From Candidatus Bathyarchaeia archaeon (GTDB taxonomy: Archaea > Thermoproteota > Bathyarchaeia > Bathyarchaeales > Bathycorpusculaceae), in the NCBI GenBank assembly GCA_049521795.1, contig JBEKOM010000001.1:726452-790451 (forward strand): a stretch of DNA of 64,000 nucleotides, read 5' to 3'. Under the pieces are notes generated by a model that made no database searches, was not told the DNA's origin, and saw only the letters and a program-made list of their open reading frames with translations. The translations under genes were made by a program, and so were the position numbers. Below are positions 40,919 to 50,655 of the stretch, piece after piece (the stretch's first letter is position 1; every line of letters begins with the position of its first letter).

Positions 40919-42106
40919 TCACTCGATATGTTGAAGACCCTTCATATCTAACATGTTTATATAATCGGCAATTCCGCTTCTGAATTTCTTTTCGTCAAAC
41001 CTCTTGGCCGTATTCTTGAGTTCTGTTTCGAGGTCTGAATCTCCAAGGCCGATTTGCGCCGCTATTTTCTCAGAGGCTTCTTGATTGTTTGAATAAAGCA
41101 GGTCTTGAGGCACGTATTCTGGAATTGCTCCGCTTTTAGGTGCCACAGGTATGCAGCCTGCAGCCATCGCTTCGACAATCGTTATGCCAAATGACTCGTT
41201 AAAGCCCAAGTGGAGATAATGAGAAAATCGATTAAATATGTCCAACTTCATAGCTTCGCTGACATATCCCAAGTATTCAATGTCGATTCCTTTCCTTCTC
41301 AGAAAACGCAAGACTTCCATTCCTACAGCGTCTGCCTTTCCAATGACAACAAACTTAACGGTCTTCGGCAGTTCCTTTATTATTTCAGGAAGAAATGTTA
41401 TGCCACTAATCGCCCTTGGTCTTGCTATTATCACTCCAGAAACTCTTTCCTTGCCCGTACCGATGCTGCTTCGAACAGGAATCGAAACAGGTGGATAGAG
41501 CACCAAGGAGTCCAAACCATAAAGTTCGCTAATCACCCCTTTAGTAAAGTGACTGTTGCTTAGATGTAGTATGTGACTTCTCTTCGCGAATAACCATACG
41601 GGAGACAAGTTCTCGTTTTCGTGTATCAGCATACCCAACCGTTCATATCGGCTAAGGTATCCTCTGCCCATCGTGCAGCAAATGCCTGTCTTAGGTTGAT
41701 GGTACACCAGATGGCCAAAAACCGGAAACACTGGGCTAGAAGACGTAATCACCAAATACCCATGCTGCCAGCGCTTGTATAGGGATTCAAAGAAACATCG
41801 AAAATGCAATAGCAATCTAACGGCATTTTGCGTCTGCGCTTCTTCGTTCTTACTTCCCAGCAGACTTCTGAGTAACACTGGCACAGAAACTTCTTGAACT
41901 TGATATCCTTGTCTCAGTGATTCGTCCTTTATGACTCTGTAGGTGTACTCACCTCCACTTGTTGGCGTCTGAGTGTCGTTGACGCTAATCATCACTATTT
42001 TGTGTTTTCGTGTGCCCAACCTGTTCACTGTACTCCGTAAAGATGTTTCTGATTTTCCTCCAAAACGCGGCCGAAAGAGTTTCTTGAGCTTAATATGTTC
42101 TTCCAC
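40919..42106 (-). CDS. Glycosyltransferase family 4 (start uncertain, probably downstream of 42106)
   Basis: SGGE, SNSHFT, LYPP, ESFGITIVEAMAAG. Confidence 0.88.
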   Translation of the reverse strand: MEEHIKLKKLFRPRFGGKSETSLRSTVNRLGTRKHKIVMISVNDTQTPTSGGEYTYRVIKDESLRQGYQVQEVSVPVLLRSLLGSKNEEAQTQNAVRLLLHFRCFFESLYKRWQHGYLVITSSSPVFPVFGHLVYHQPKTGICCTMGRGYLSRYERLGMLIHENENLSPVWLFAKRSHILHLSNSHFTKGVISELYGLDSLVLYPPVSIPVRSSIGTGKERVSGVIIARPRAISGITFLPEIIKELPKTVKFVVIGKADAVGMEVLRFLRRKGIDIEYLGYVSEAMKLDIFNRFSHYLHLGFNESFGITIVEAMAAGCIPVAPKSGAIPEYVPQDLLYSNNQEASEKIAAQIGLGDSDLETELKNTAKRFDEKKFRSGIADYINMLDMKGLQHIE

Positions 42107-43185
42107 ACCTCAGTGGCATTCTTCACGTCAAAGGTAAGCGCTCTTTTTCTGCACTCGTTTCGCATATCGCCACCGTAGCCATCCTTCCAGAGAAAGACAG
42201 CCAGGTTTACCATTTCTCGGTCGTTGTTTGAAAGCCAGCCAGTTTTCCCGTTTACCACGCTCTCAGAAGGTCCCTGCTTTCGGTAAGTTAGAACGGGGGT
42301 TCCGCATGCCATGCTTTCCACCGGTATGTAGCCAAAAGGTTCATGCTCGAAGGCAAAGAGGATATAGAGCGCGTTCGAGTAGAGATCTGCAAGCTCTGCA
42401 TCAGTGACTTTGCCGAGAAAGCTAATCCTGTGGTGTTTCTTCAGGGGCTCTGGGACCTGCGACTTGTCGCCAAAGACTTTGATTGGCACTCCAGCATCAG
42501 CGACTGCCTTGACGGTTGAGAATTTTCCCTCTTTGCCGTAGGTGCCAAAGTGCGTCAAGACGTAGTCTGCAGTAGGGTTAGAAGTCTTCGGCTCGAAAAG
42601 GGAGCAGTCTAAGGGTGGGCTTATGATTTTGTCAACACTTATCCCCCACTTTTCGTACATCGAAGCGCAAAATGCCGAATTGGCCACAAAAATGTCTGAT
42701 AGATCCCGAAACCTCTTAACCAGATGTCGCTCAAGAATTCGAAGGGTCGATCCCAGCAACTTGTAGGGATATTTGTAACGCATAGGCATTTGAGGAAACA
42801 GGTCATCGAGAGCTCTCGTCATCGGACCTTGAGCGTAGTACGCTCGAGCTTGACTTATGATACATGACGAAGTGTTGACTGCAAGGTCTGAATCGTTGAT
42901 TTCAGCCACGGGCTTCTGCATTACTAGACATCGCCCCCAAGCGTCAAGTGTGGGGAGCGAAGGAATGAGTGAAAAATGGGGACCAACATCTTTGAGCACG
43001 ATATCTTCGTCCAACAATTTGTCGTGTACTGCTTGGTCAAAACGTGTTGTAATGATGGTAACTTCGTTTCCTTCTCTGCGGAATTGTCTTGCAAGCAGTA
43101 TGGCCGGTCTCACGGCTCCCATAGTTGTCACGAGCGGGTCCGTGATAAAACACACATTATGCATAATTCTTCTCAGTACTCTCAA
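42025..43185 (-). CDS. Glycosyltransferase family 4
   Basis: VANSAFCASMY, EPFGYIPVESMACGTP. Confidence 0.9.
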   Translation of the reverse strand: MRVLRRIMHNVCFITDPLVTTMGAVRPAILLARQFRREGNEVTIITTRFDQAVHDKLLDEDIVLKDVGPHFSLIPSLPTLDAWGRCLVMQKPVAEINDSDLAVNTSSCIISQARAYYAQGPMTRALDDLFPQMPMRYKYPYKLLGSTLRILERHLVKRFRDLSDIFVANSAFCASMYEKWGISVDKIISPPLDCSLFEPKTSNPTADYVLTHFGTYGKEGKFSTVKAVADAGVPIKVFGDKSQVPEPLKKHHRISFLGKVTDAELADLYSNALYILFAFEHEPFGYIPVESMACGTPVLTYRKQGPSESVVNGKTGWLSNNDREMVNLAVFLWKDGYGGDMRNECRKRALTFDVKNATEVWKNILSSRNSFGRVLEENQKHLYGVQ

Positions 43186-43271
43186 ACGAAGGGTCGTTTC
43201 TGGTTTGTCTAATGACTTTTTCTAATAAGAGAATGCTCTTATTTCTTTTGTATGAGTGAGCGCTTTCAGTG

Positions 43272-44417
43272 TTACACTGCTATGGCCCTTGCATCTTGGA
43301 AAAACAGTGTTCGATCTTCGCTTAGCTTCCCTATTATTTCCAACCATTGTTCAAGGTACTGGCGCTTGTCGAACTTTGAAGCTGCTTTCACGCAGTTCGT
43401 TCTTGTCTCTGAGGGATACTGTTCCTTCCACAATTCTACGCTCCTCTGCAGAAGTTCAGCATCTGTGTGAACAAGCCAGCCAGTGTGATCATTAACCACG
43501 TATTCGCTTGGACCTTGACAGTCATAGGTAAGCACCGGCGTTCCGCATGCCATGCTTTCAAGCGGAACGTATCCGAAGGGCTCATGAGTGAACGGGAACA
43601 TGGTGAAAAGGGCATTCGAGTAAAGGTCCAAGAGTTCCTTTGTGGAGACTCTTCCTAAGAACTCGACGTTAGGATGTTTCAATAGGCCTTCTGGAATGAA
43701 GGGCGTCTTGGCACCGAACGCCTTGATCTTAAGACCCAAATCTGCCACGTTCTTTACGATGGAAAACTTCGTCTCTTTTCCAAAATAGGTCAACACGTAG
43801 TCGGAAGATGGTGTGGAGGTTGAAGGTCGGAAAGTCTGGCAGTCAATGGGCGGGTAGATTATGCAGTCTGTTTTGACCCCAAGGCTCGAATACATTGAAG
43901 CGCAAAACTTTGAATTTGCAATAACTAGATTTGAGCCTCTGTCCATGCGAGAAGCAAGTTTCCCATCCGCATAATCGATGACCGGTCTGAGGAAATCATA
44001 GACTATTCGAAAGCTAGGAGAAAGCTCCTTTTCCATGTCCCTCAAGGCCAAGGAAGGAGGCCCCTGCAAGTACCAGACCAATGAAGGCGCGGAGATCACC
44101 TGCGAAAAATTGATCACTCTGGAAGATTCGTCGATGGCACGTCTCGAATTCAGCCGGAGGAAAGCTTCACGAGCCCACGTTTCAAGCCAAAGTATGGAAA
44201 GACCTGAACTCTTCGCAGCAAGCTTCGCGTGTAAGTTAAGAGGAATTATTCCGATGGCGCTTAGACGATCTTCAACCTCTCTCGACATCATCGGCGACAT
44301 TATGGACACGCTGTGTCCTCTCGCCTTCAGCTCTCTAGCGAGATACATAGCTGGACGAATGGATCCCTCTAAATCCATCATGAGGTCGCAGACTAGCGTG
44401 AAATTCATCTGCTTCAA
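43272..44417 (-). CDS. Glycosyltransferase family 4 (paralog of the adjacent gene)
   Basis: IANSKFCASMY, EPFGYVPLESMACGTP; clear similarity to 42025-43185. Confidence 0.9.
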   Translation of the reverse strand: MKQMNFTLVCDLMMDLEGSIRPAMYLARELKARGHSVSIMSPMMSREVEDRLSAIGIIPLNLHAKLAAKSSGLSILWLETWAREAFLRLNSRRAIDESSRVINFSQVISAPSLVWYLQGPPSLALRDMEKELSPSFRIVYDFLRPVIDYADGKLASRMDRGSNLVIANSKFCASMYSSLGVKTDCIIYPPIDCQTFRPSTSTPSSDYVLTYFGKETKFSIVKNVADLGLKIKAFGAKTPFIPEGLLKHPNVEFLGRVSTKELLDLYSNALFTMFPFTHEPFGYVPLESMACGTPVLTYDCQGPSEYVVNDHTGWLVHTDAELLQRSVELWKEQYPSETRTNCVKAASKFDKRQYLEQWLEIIGKLSEDRTLFFQDARAIAV

Positions 44418-44634
44418 CTGCCGATATTAATACAAGCTAAGCTTGTCCTCTTTTTATAATACTTTCGATGAATTGAAAGCAACAGACTGATCCTAGGTTC
44501 AAAGACTCTCAGTTTAAGACAATAGCAAGAATTGGTCAGGGAACAATCTGAACAAGAGTGAGGGAATATTTCCAATAGACTTTTCTATTTGCTGAAAATT
44601 CTACTACTGGAATGCACGAAAGGGCAGGAACGTA

Positions 44635-45720
44635 ATGACTGAAGAACCAAGCGAGACAGCTCAAGCAAATTTCATCCAGCAGGCAGATTTCGAGAAGATA
44701 ACCCAGACAGTTTCTGCACATTTTCAAGTTGAGGAGTCTATGCTAGAGCGCGGCATTCCAACGTACTACTTGAAACAGCCTCAGGAAACGAAGCAGGCCT
44801 TTCTCAAGCTTCTGAAACACTTGGAGTCAATGAACCTGATTGCGCTCCTGCGAAAAGTTGATGGAAAGGTGGTCTTGAGAGTTGTTCCAAAGCCGCCTGT
44901 GAAGAAGAGCAACATACTCGTGAACTGGGCGTTGTTTTTCGCCACGATAGGCACGACGTTCGCTACAGGCTACTTGCTTTCAGCCGACCTTGTTGGTACG
45001 GGAGTGATGCGCAGCCCACTGATAGGAGCCGGAGCATTCACAGTAGCTATTATGGCCATACTTGGGACCCACGAGATGGGCCACAAACTCACGGCTAACA
45101 GAAGCGGGGTAGAAGCAACGCCGCCCTATTTTATTCCAGGTCCACCACCCATAGGGGACCTCTTGGGCATCGGCACTTTTGGTGCAGTGATAATGCAGAA
45201 GTCTCTTCCACCAAACAGAGACGCCTTGTTCGACGTGGGGTCCAGTGGACCGATCGTCGGGTTCATAGTGGCTTTGATAGCAACCATAGTTGGGCTAATG
45301 CTCTCTCCAATTCGTCCGATCACAGGCGGCGAGAGCTTCCTTCCTTCACCCCTGATCTTCGACCTGTTTGCCGCTTTTCTCATAAAACTTCCAGCAAATC
45401 ACTATGTCTTGCTGCACCCCGTTGCCTTCGCTGGCTGGGCAGGCATGTTAGTCACCATGCTCAACCTGTTGCCCGCTGGACAGCTCGACGGCGGCCACGC
45501 TGCCAGGTCTGTGCTCGGCGAAAAAGCGCGAACGGTCCTAACCGTTCTGTCCATTCTGTTGCTGGTGATCGAAGGATTCTGGCCGATGGCCTTCTTCGTG
45601 ATTTTGATCTCTATGTACAGGCATCCTGGACCCTTGGACGACGTCTCCAGCTTGTCAAACGGAAGGAAACTGGTGGCAATCGGGCTGGTGGCAATTTTCA
45701 TTCTCTGTTCCTTATTCTAA
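44635..45720 (+). CDS. Site-2 protease (M50) intramembrane metalloprotease
   Basis: HEMGH, GTFGA, NLLPAGQLDGGH. Confidence 0.93.
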   Translation: MTEEPSETAQANFIQQADFEKITQTVSAHFQVEESMLERGIPTYYLKQPQETKQAFLKLLKHLESMNLIALLRKVDGKVVLRVVPKPPVKKSNILVNWALFFATIGTTFATGYLLSADLVGTGVMRSPLIGAGAFTVAIMAILGTHEMGHKLTANRSGVEATPPYFIPGPPPIGDLLGIGTFGAVIMQKSLPPNRDALFDVGSSGPIVGFIVALIATIVGLMLSPIRPITGGESFLPSPLIFDLFAAFLIKLPANHYVLLHPVAFAGWAGMLVTMLNLLPAGQLDGGHAARSVLGEKARTVLTVLSILLLVIEGFWPMAFFVILISMYRHPGPLDDVSSLSNGRKLVAIGLVAIFILCSLF

Positions 45721-45864
45721 TACTACGTGCTATGCTCACTGAATCTTCTTGGTCTTTAGGACTCGCAAGCCCCTGGTGTATTTCTGTCCTACGGCCATAC
45801 GATAAGGTTTATTAAATATTGCGATGCTAGACACTGACGAGGCTGTAACCCTACTGGAATACGG

Positions 45865-46116
45865 GTGAAAACAAAAGCGGAGCGATCGGCAACGAAGGGA
45901 ACAATGATCCTGATGGTCTTCTTCATATTATTCACGGCTGCGTCGCTGCTGATTCCCTCTCCGATGTTTCCAGGAAACGTCCTGTGCACTCTGATCGGAG
46001 CATCGGTCAGCCAGTACATTGCTGTCATGAGCGCGCTCTTTAACGGGGTTCTTTACAGCGTTGCGCTGTGGCTCATCTTCATCACTGTGAGCCGGAGACT
46101 TACGCAAGAAAAATAG
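45865..46116 (+). CDS. Small two-TM membrane protein
   Basis: Two hydrophobic helices; upstream TTTATTAAA TATA box. Confidence 0.55.
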   Translation: MKTKAERSATKGTMILMVFFILFTAASLLIPSPMFPGNVLCTLIGASVSQYIAVMSALFNGVLYSVALWLIFITVSRRLTQEK

Positions 46117-46138
46117 GTTGCCTTATCAAGCGGCCGGT

Positions 46139-46387
46139 CTAGTTTTCTGGCGGCGGTACAAAGCCTACAAGTTTGATCGTGATTCCGCATTTTTTGCAAA
46201 TCACAACCAATTCTGCAAGCTCGTCGTTCTTCACCTTAGTATGAAGGATCTGATAGTTCTCTTCTGATTCGTCGTCGGGACTTATTATGGACCCGCAGTT
46301 TGGACATGGAAACGCCCCGTCGCCGTCGATCTTTGTCAGGTCGACCTTGTACGCCATGCCTTTCTTGATATCTGCTTTCTTCATCAT
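46139..46387 (-). CDS. Small zinc-ribbon protein
   Basis: CPNCG and CKKCG pairs; GGTGTG SD. Confidence 0.75.
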   Translation of the reverse strand: MMKKADIKKGMAYKVDLTKIDGDGAFPCPNCGSIISPDDESEENYQILHTKVKNDELAELVVICKKCGITIKLVGFVPPPEN

Positions 46388-46609
46388 TTTTCAACACACC
46401 TTTTCAATCAGTCTTGATTGTTTTCCATCGTTGGCCCAGAATATAATTAACTATTATGAATCACTAATCAGTATTAACTCGTAAGTTCGCATCGTTAATG
46501 AAAAGCCTTTCGATGTGTAAGGGGACGAAACAGCCGATGTGCGCTATGAGACGGGTTCAGTAAAGGTTATGAATAATGACAAACGAGTAGAAGGCAAAGT
46601 CTCTCTCGG

Positions 46610-47980
46610 GTGTCTACGTTGGAGAAATTCGACGTAATGGTAGTCGGGGCTGGAACAGCAGGGTGCCTCGCTGCAGAAACAGCAGCCGAAGCAGGTTTGA
46701 AAGTGTGCCTCATCGAGAGAAAGAAGAGAGAAGAGGTCGGCGAAAAAATCTGCGGGGACGCCCTTGGAGAGCATCACTTGAAAACCCTAGGCTTGCAAAA
46801 ACCGCAGGGCGGCGAACTTGAGAAGAGGATCGAGGGCATCAGGATCCATTCTCCAGACATGAACACGACGTTTACGGTGGAACACGAGGACTTCGTTGGC
46901 TACCTGCTCAACAGGCGACTCTTCGGGCAGTGGCTGCTCAGGAAGGCAATAGATAAAGGTGCACGCCTTCTGGATTCAACGCAATGCTTGAAGCCGCTGA
47001 TCGACGGGAATTTCGTGGCCGGCGTGTTGGCCAAGAACTTGAAAACCGGCGAGGAGGTGGAGCTGAGAGGCAGGGTGACTGTTGACGCGAGCGGTTTCGT
47101 AGCGGCTGTAAGGAAGAAGCTGCCCAAAATGATGGGTGTTCAGAACGAGGTTGCAAACGAGGACGTTGAAGCCTGCTACCGCGAGATCCGCCAGCTCAAA
47201 CAGGAAACCGAAAACACGGATTACTGCGAAATCTACCTCAACCAGAAGGCGACTCCAGGAGGCTACGCGTGGATTTTCCCCAAAGGCGGGGCAAGAGTCA
47301 ACGCAGGCCTGGGAATCTGCATGCGCAACAAGTTTCCAAACCCCAAGGACCAGTTCTACAAGCACATTCTCACCAAGCCTGCTTTTGACGGTTCTCTGCT
47401 TCTAAACGGAGGAGCATGGTACGACCCGACTCGAAGGCCCCTAGACTGCATGGTTGGAAACGGCGTTGTGATCACCGGTGACGCAGCCTGCTTGGTCAAC
47501 CCGATACACGGCGGAGGAATAGGGCCATCGATGCTCAGCGGCCACCTTGCCGCCAAGACCATCGTCGAAGCCCTCGAAAAAGGAGATGTCAGCCAGGAAT
47601 CTCTGTGGCCTTACAGCCTAAGGTACAACGAGGCGTACGGAGCAAAACAGGCCAGACTGGACGTTTTTCGAATGATGCTCCTGTCCTGCCGGGACGAAGA
47701 CCTGAACTACGGAATGAGGTACCACCTCCTAACGGAGGAAGACGTCCTCAAGGCAGGGTTAGGCGACGAGTTTCATCTGAACATCACCGAGACCAGCAGG
47801 AGAGTCTTCAGAGGATTGAAGAGAATAAGCTTCTTGAACAAGCTCCGTCTCACGGTCAAGTACATGAATCAGGTCAAAGCCCACTACAAAGAATACCCAG
47901 AGACCCCTAAAGACTTCGAAAAGTGGCGCGCGCGAACAGGAGCCCTGTTCGAAGAGGCTGCCTCCAAAATAATGAAGTGA
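46610..47980 (+). CDS. Digeranylgeranylglycerophospholipid (geranylgeranyl) reductase
   Basis: [11 protein letters not shown] motif, [30 protein letters not shown]. Confidence 0.9.
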   Translation: MSTLEKFDVMVVGAGTAGCLAAETAAEAGLKVCLIERKKREEVGEKICGDALGEHHLKTLGLQKPQGGELEKRIEGIRIHSPDMNTTFTVEHEDFVGYLLNRRLFGQWLLRKAIDKGARLLDSTQCLKPLIDGNFVAGVLAKNLKTGEEVELRGRVTVDASGFVAAVRKKLPKMMGVQNEVANEDVEACYREIRQLKQETENTDYCEIYLNQKATPGGYAWIFPKGGARVNAGLGICMRNKFPNPKDQFYKHILTKPAFDGSLLLNGGAWYDPTRRPLDCMVGNGVVITGDAACLVNPIHGGGIGPSMLSGHLAAKTIVEALEKGDVSQESLWPYSLRYNEAYGAKQARLDVFRMMLLSCRDEDLNYGMRYHLLTEEDVLKAGLGDEFHLNITETSRRVFRGLKRISFLNKLRLTVKYMNQVKAHYKEYPETPKDFEKWRARTGALFEEAASKIMK

Positions 47981-48107
47981 GAAACAACACACAGTCTGTC
48001 CACACTGACACTCATAAAACCTCGAAGACAGTTTTCAACTCGCGTCGCCCTTCAAAACGGAAAAGTCTGGAAAGGTTTATTTCGTTGCTAGATGCTATGA
48101 TTCAAAA

Positions 48108-48180
48108 TCATCGGCGGATGAGGCGTCCGCTGGGATGTGGCCGAAAGGCTGAACTGCAAACTAAGATTAAGGTGAAGTGG
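48108..48180 (+). promoter_or_regulatory. Structured 5' leader of rpl15e (candidate r-protein autoregulatory leader)
   Basis: TATA TTTATTT at 48076; hairpins TCGGCGGA/TCCGCTGG and GGCC-GAAA-GGCT; SD GGTGA. Confidence 0.45.
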
Positions 48181-48759
48181 ATGGCCTACAAGTACATTGC
48201 TGAGGCATGGTCGAAACCAGAGAAATCCTTTGTGCATGAACTGATGCGCAGCAGGTTGATAGAGTGGCGAAGGCAACCAGTGATAACTCGCATAGAGAGG
48301 CCGACGCGGTTGGACAGGGCGAGAAAGCTTGGGTACAAGGCCAAGCAAGGCTTTGTGCTGGGTCGTGTGCGCGTCAGGAGAAGTGGCTTCAGAAAGCAGA
48401 GGCCGACCTCTGGTAGAAGACCGAAGAGGATGGGTGTCGAAAAGTTCAAGCTGTCCAAGAGCATGCGACTGATCGCTGAGGAAAGGGTCGGTAGAAAGTT
48501 TCCGAACCTTGAGGTCTTGAACTCCTACTGGGTCGGCGAAGATGGTGTTTCAAAATGGTGGGAAGTGATAATGGTTGACCCGCAACATCCGTCAATAAGA
48601 GCCGACAAGAACATCAACTGGATATGCGAGAAACAGCATCGCAGAAGAGTTTTCAGAAGCTTAACCAGCGCGGGCAAGAAGGTTAGAAGCCTGCGAAGGA
48701 GAGGACGTGGCGCAGAGAAGTTTAGACCAAGCTTGAAAGCTGGCATGGGAGGAAAATAG
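48181..48759 (+). CDS. rpl15e: 50S ribosomal protein eL15
   Basis: [41 protein letters not shown]. Confidence 0.97.
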   Translation: MAYKYIAEAWSKPEKSFVHELMRSRLIEWRRQPVITRIERPTRLDRARKLGYKAKQGFVLGRVRVRRSGFRKQRPTSGRRPKRMGVEKFKLSKSMRLIAEERVGRKFPNLEVLNSYWVGEDGVSKWWEVIMVDPQHPSIRADKNINWICEKQHRRRVFRSLTSAGKKVRSLRRRGRGAEKFRPSLKAGMGGK

Positions 48760-48763
48760 CCGA

Positions 48764-49006
48764 ATGATGGTTAAAAGACCCAAAGTATCTAAGAAGCGTG
48801 GACGACGAAGCCTGGGGAAAGGTTACAGCCCAGGAGAGCTGAAGAAAGCAGGCCTGAGCATGGGCGAAGCTGTGAAGCTTCACGTTGCAGTCGACCCGAG
48901 AAGAAAGACGGCTCATGAGGAAAACGTCGAGGCCGTCAAGACTTTTTTGGAAGAAAGGAAAGCCGCGGCAAAGACAAAGACGCGTAAGAGAAAATCTAAA
49001 AGTTAA
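48764..49006 (+). CDS. rpl13e: 50S ribosomal protein eL13 (short archaeal form)
   Basis: GKGYSPGELKKAGL...VDPRRKT.HEENV. Confidence 0.9.
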   Translation: MMVKRPKVSKKRGRRSLGKGYSPGELKKAGLSMGEAVKLHVAVDPRRKTAHEENVEAVKTFLEERKAAAKTKTRKRKSKS

Positions 49007-49016
49007 GGCCGCGCTA

Positions 49017-49484
49017 ATGACGACTAGTGATGCGGTCTTGGCTTCCAAAGTTCAAGTCGGCTACATCGACATAAGGGTCTTTGCCCACGCAACCGAGGAC
49101 CCAGAGAGGGTTCTGACCGCAACACGCAACACTCTGTCCAGAGAATCAATCGACACTGTAACCTTCAAGAAGGTCAACCTGACCGGACATCACGGCAACC
49201 CCATAATTCTTTATGAGACAAAGATCAAGGAGAAGAAGCAAGTTCAAGCCGCCTTCGAGAAGTTGTGTTCAGGCTTAAGCATCTTAGACAAAGAAATCTT
49301 GGCAAACGACGTCAAACAGCACCTGGACAAAGGAAACCTCTACGTTCGATTAGACAAACAGTCTGCCTTCCTCAACGAACTCAAGCTAAGTTCAACAGAC
49401 CCCATTCATCTGCGAATACACTTCAAAAAGCACAGTGCAGAAGAAGTCATAGACATCTGCAGAAGATCCGGGTTACTACCATGA
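49017..49484 (+). CDS. DUF54 family RNA-binding protein
   Basis: FAHATED, GHHGNPI, YVRLDKQ; conserved exosome/RNase P superoperon context. Confidence 0.85.
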   Translation: MTTSDAVLASKVQVGYIDIRVFAHATEDPERVLTATRNTLSRESIDTVTFKKVNLTGHHGNPIILYETKIKEKKQVQAAFEKLCSGLSILDKEILANDVKQHLDKGNLYVRLDKQSAFLNELKLSSTDPIHLRIHFKKHSAEEVIDICRRSGLLP

Positions 49485-50215
49485 AAAGAACCTACACTGA
49501 CTTACACCTGCGTGTGAACATCAGCGATCCGTCACAGGCTTCACGCTTGATAAGCAAGGCTTCAACTCTTGGATACAGCCTAGTGGCCGTGCCCCTTTCA
49601 CCATGGACTCCTGAACATCAGCTTGAGCAAGTCCAAAGAGTCTGCGAAGAAGTAAGCATAGGATTTGCATCCCGCGTGGACCTGAAGCCCCGCACACCCG
49701 AAGAGTTGCTGAAAGACGTGAGGAAGTTGAGGCGAAGGTTCGAGCTAGTTGCCGTCATGTGCGAGTCGAAGGCTGTTGCGAGGCAGGCGGCGAAAGACCG
49801 ACGCGTCGACCTTCTGAACTTTCCCCAGCCGGACTTCAGGAGGGCATTTTTCGATTCGGCTGAAGCTGAACTGGCTTCATCATGCCTGGCTTCTCTTGAA
49901 GTGGACATGAAACCGTTGCTCACCCAAGAAGGGGCAGCAAAGGTGAAGCTTCTTTCCCTCCTGCGGAAGGAAGTTCAGACGGCCAAAGAGTTTCACGTTC
50001 CAATAGTTCTTTCAAGCGGGGTTTCAGAAGAGCTTCTGATGCGAAGACCATTGGACTTGGCAGCCCTCTCGTTTCTGTTCGGCTTGGACAAGGACATTGC
50101 TACGGAAGCGGTTTCCAAAAACCCCACGGCAATCGTCAGAAGGAACAGGGAAAAACTAAGTCCGCGATTCATCGCGCCTGGAATACGGGTCACCCGGAGA
50201 GGAAATGATTGCTGA
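49481..50215 (+). CDS. rnp3: Ribonuclease P protein component 3 (Rpp30)
   Basis: YTDLH, ARQAAKDRRVDLL, PIVLSSG...MRRP; ATGA overlap with the upstream gene. Confidence 0.9.
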   Translation: MKRTYTDLHLRVNISDPSQASRLISKASTLGYSLVAVPLSPWTPEHQLEQVQRVCEEVSIGFASRVDLKPRTPEELLKDVRKLRRRFELVAVMCESKAVARQAAKDRRVDLLNFPQPDFRRAFFDSAEAELASSCLASLEVDMKPLLTQEGAAKVKLLSLLRKEVQTAKEFHVPIVLSSGVSEELLMRRPLDLAALSFLFGLDKDIATEAVSKNPTAIVRRNREKLSPRFIAPGIRVTRRGNDC

Positions 50216-50529
50216 AAAAAGTGAAGCGGCGCTACCTCGCCTTGAAGATAGACTCCTGCGAGACGCTTAGCTCGAAGGAGTTTATGGACGCCGTCTGGGA
50301 AACCGTCTATAGGCTTTACGGCGAATACGGTGCAAGCCAAACAAGCCTGAGTCTAATCAGCTTTGACGAAAAAAACAAGAGTGTCGTCCTGCGCACTGGG
50401 CACACAACCGTCGATATGGTTCGAACCGCATTGGCTTCAATAACGCACATTGGAGACAAGCCTGCGGCCGTGCATGTCTTGACAGTTTCAGGCACAATAA
50501 AGGCCCTTCACAAAAGTCTGAGACAATAG
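50209..50529 (+). CDS. rnp2: Ribonuclease P protein component 2 (Pop5/Rpp14)
   Basis: KRRYLALKI, LYGEYG, VSGTIK. Confidence 0.92.
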   Translation: MLKKVKRRYLALKIDSCETLSSKEFMDAVWETVYRLYGEYGASQTSLSLISFDEKNKSVVLRTGHTTVDMVRTALASITHIGDKPAAVHVLTVSGTIKALHKSLRQ

Positions 50530-50655
50530 CCTTTGAAAGGTTTGCTGCTGCAGTTTTCAATTCAAGTCAGAACTTCCATTTAGCTTTTCAAGTTCAACAT
50601 CATAAGCAAAGCATATCAGCAAGTTGAATCCATATACAAAGAAGAGGAGAGCGGC

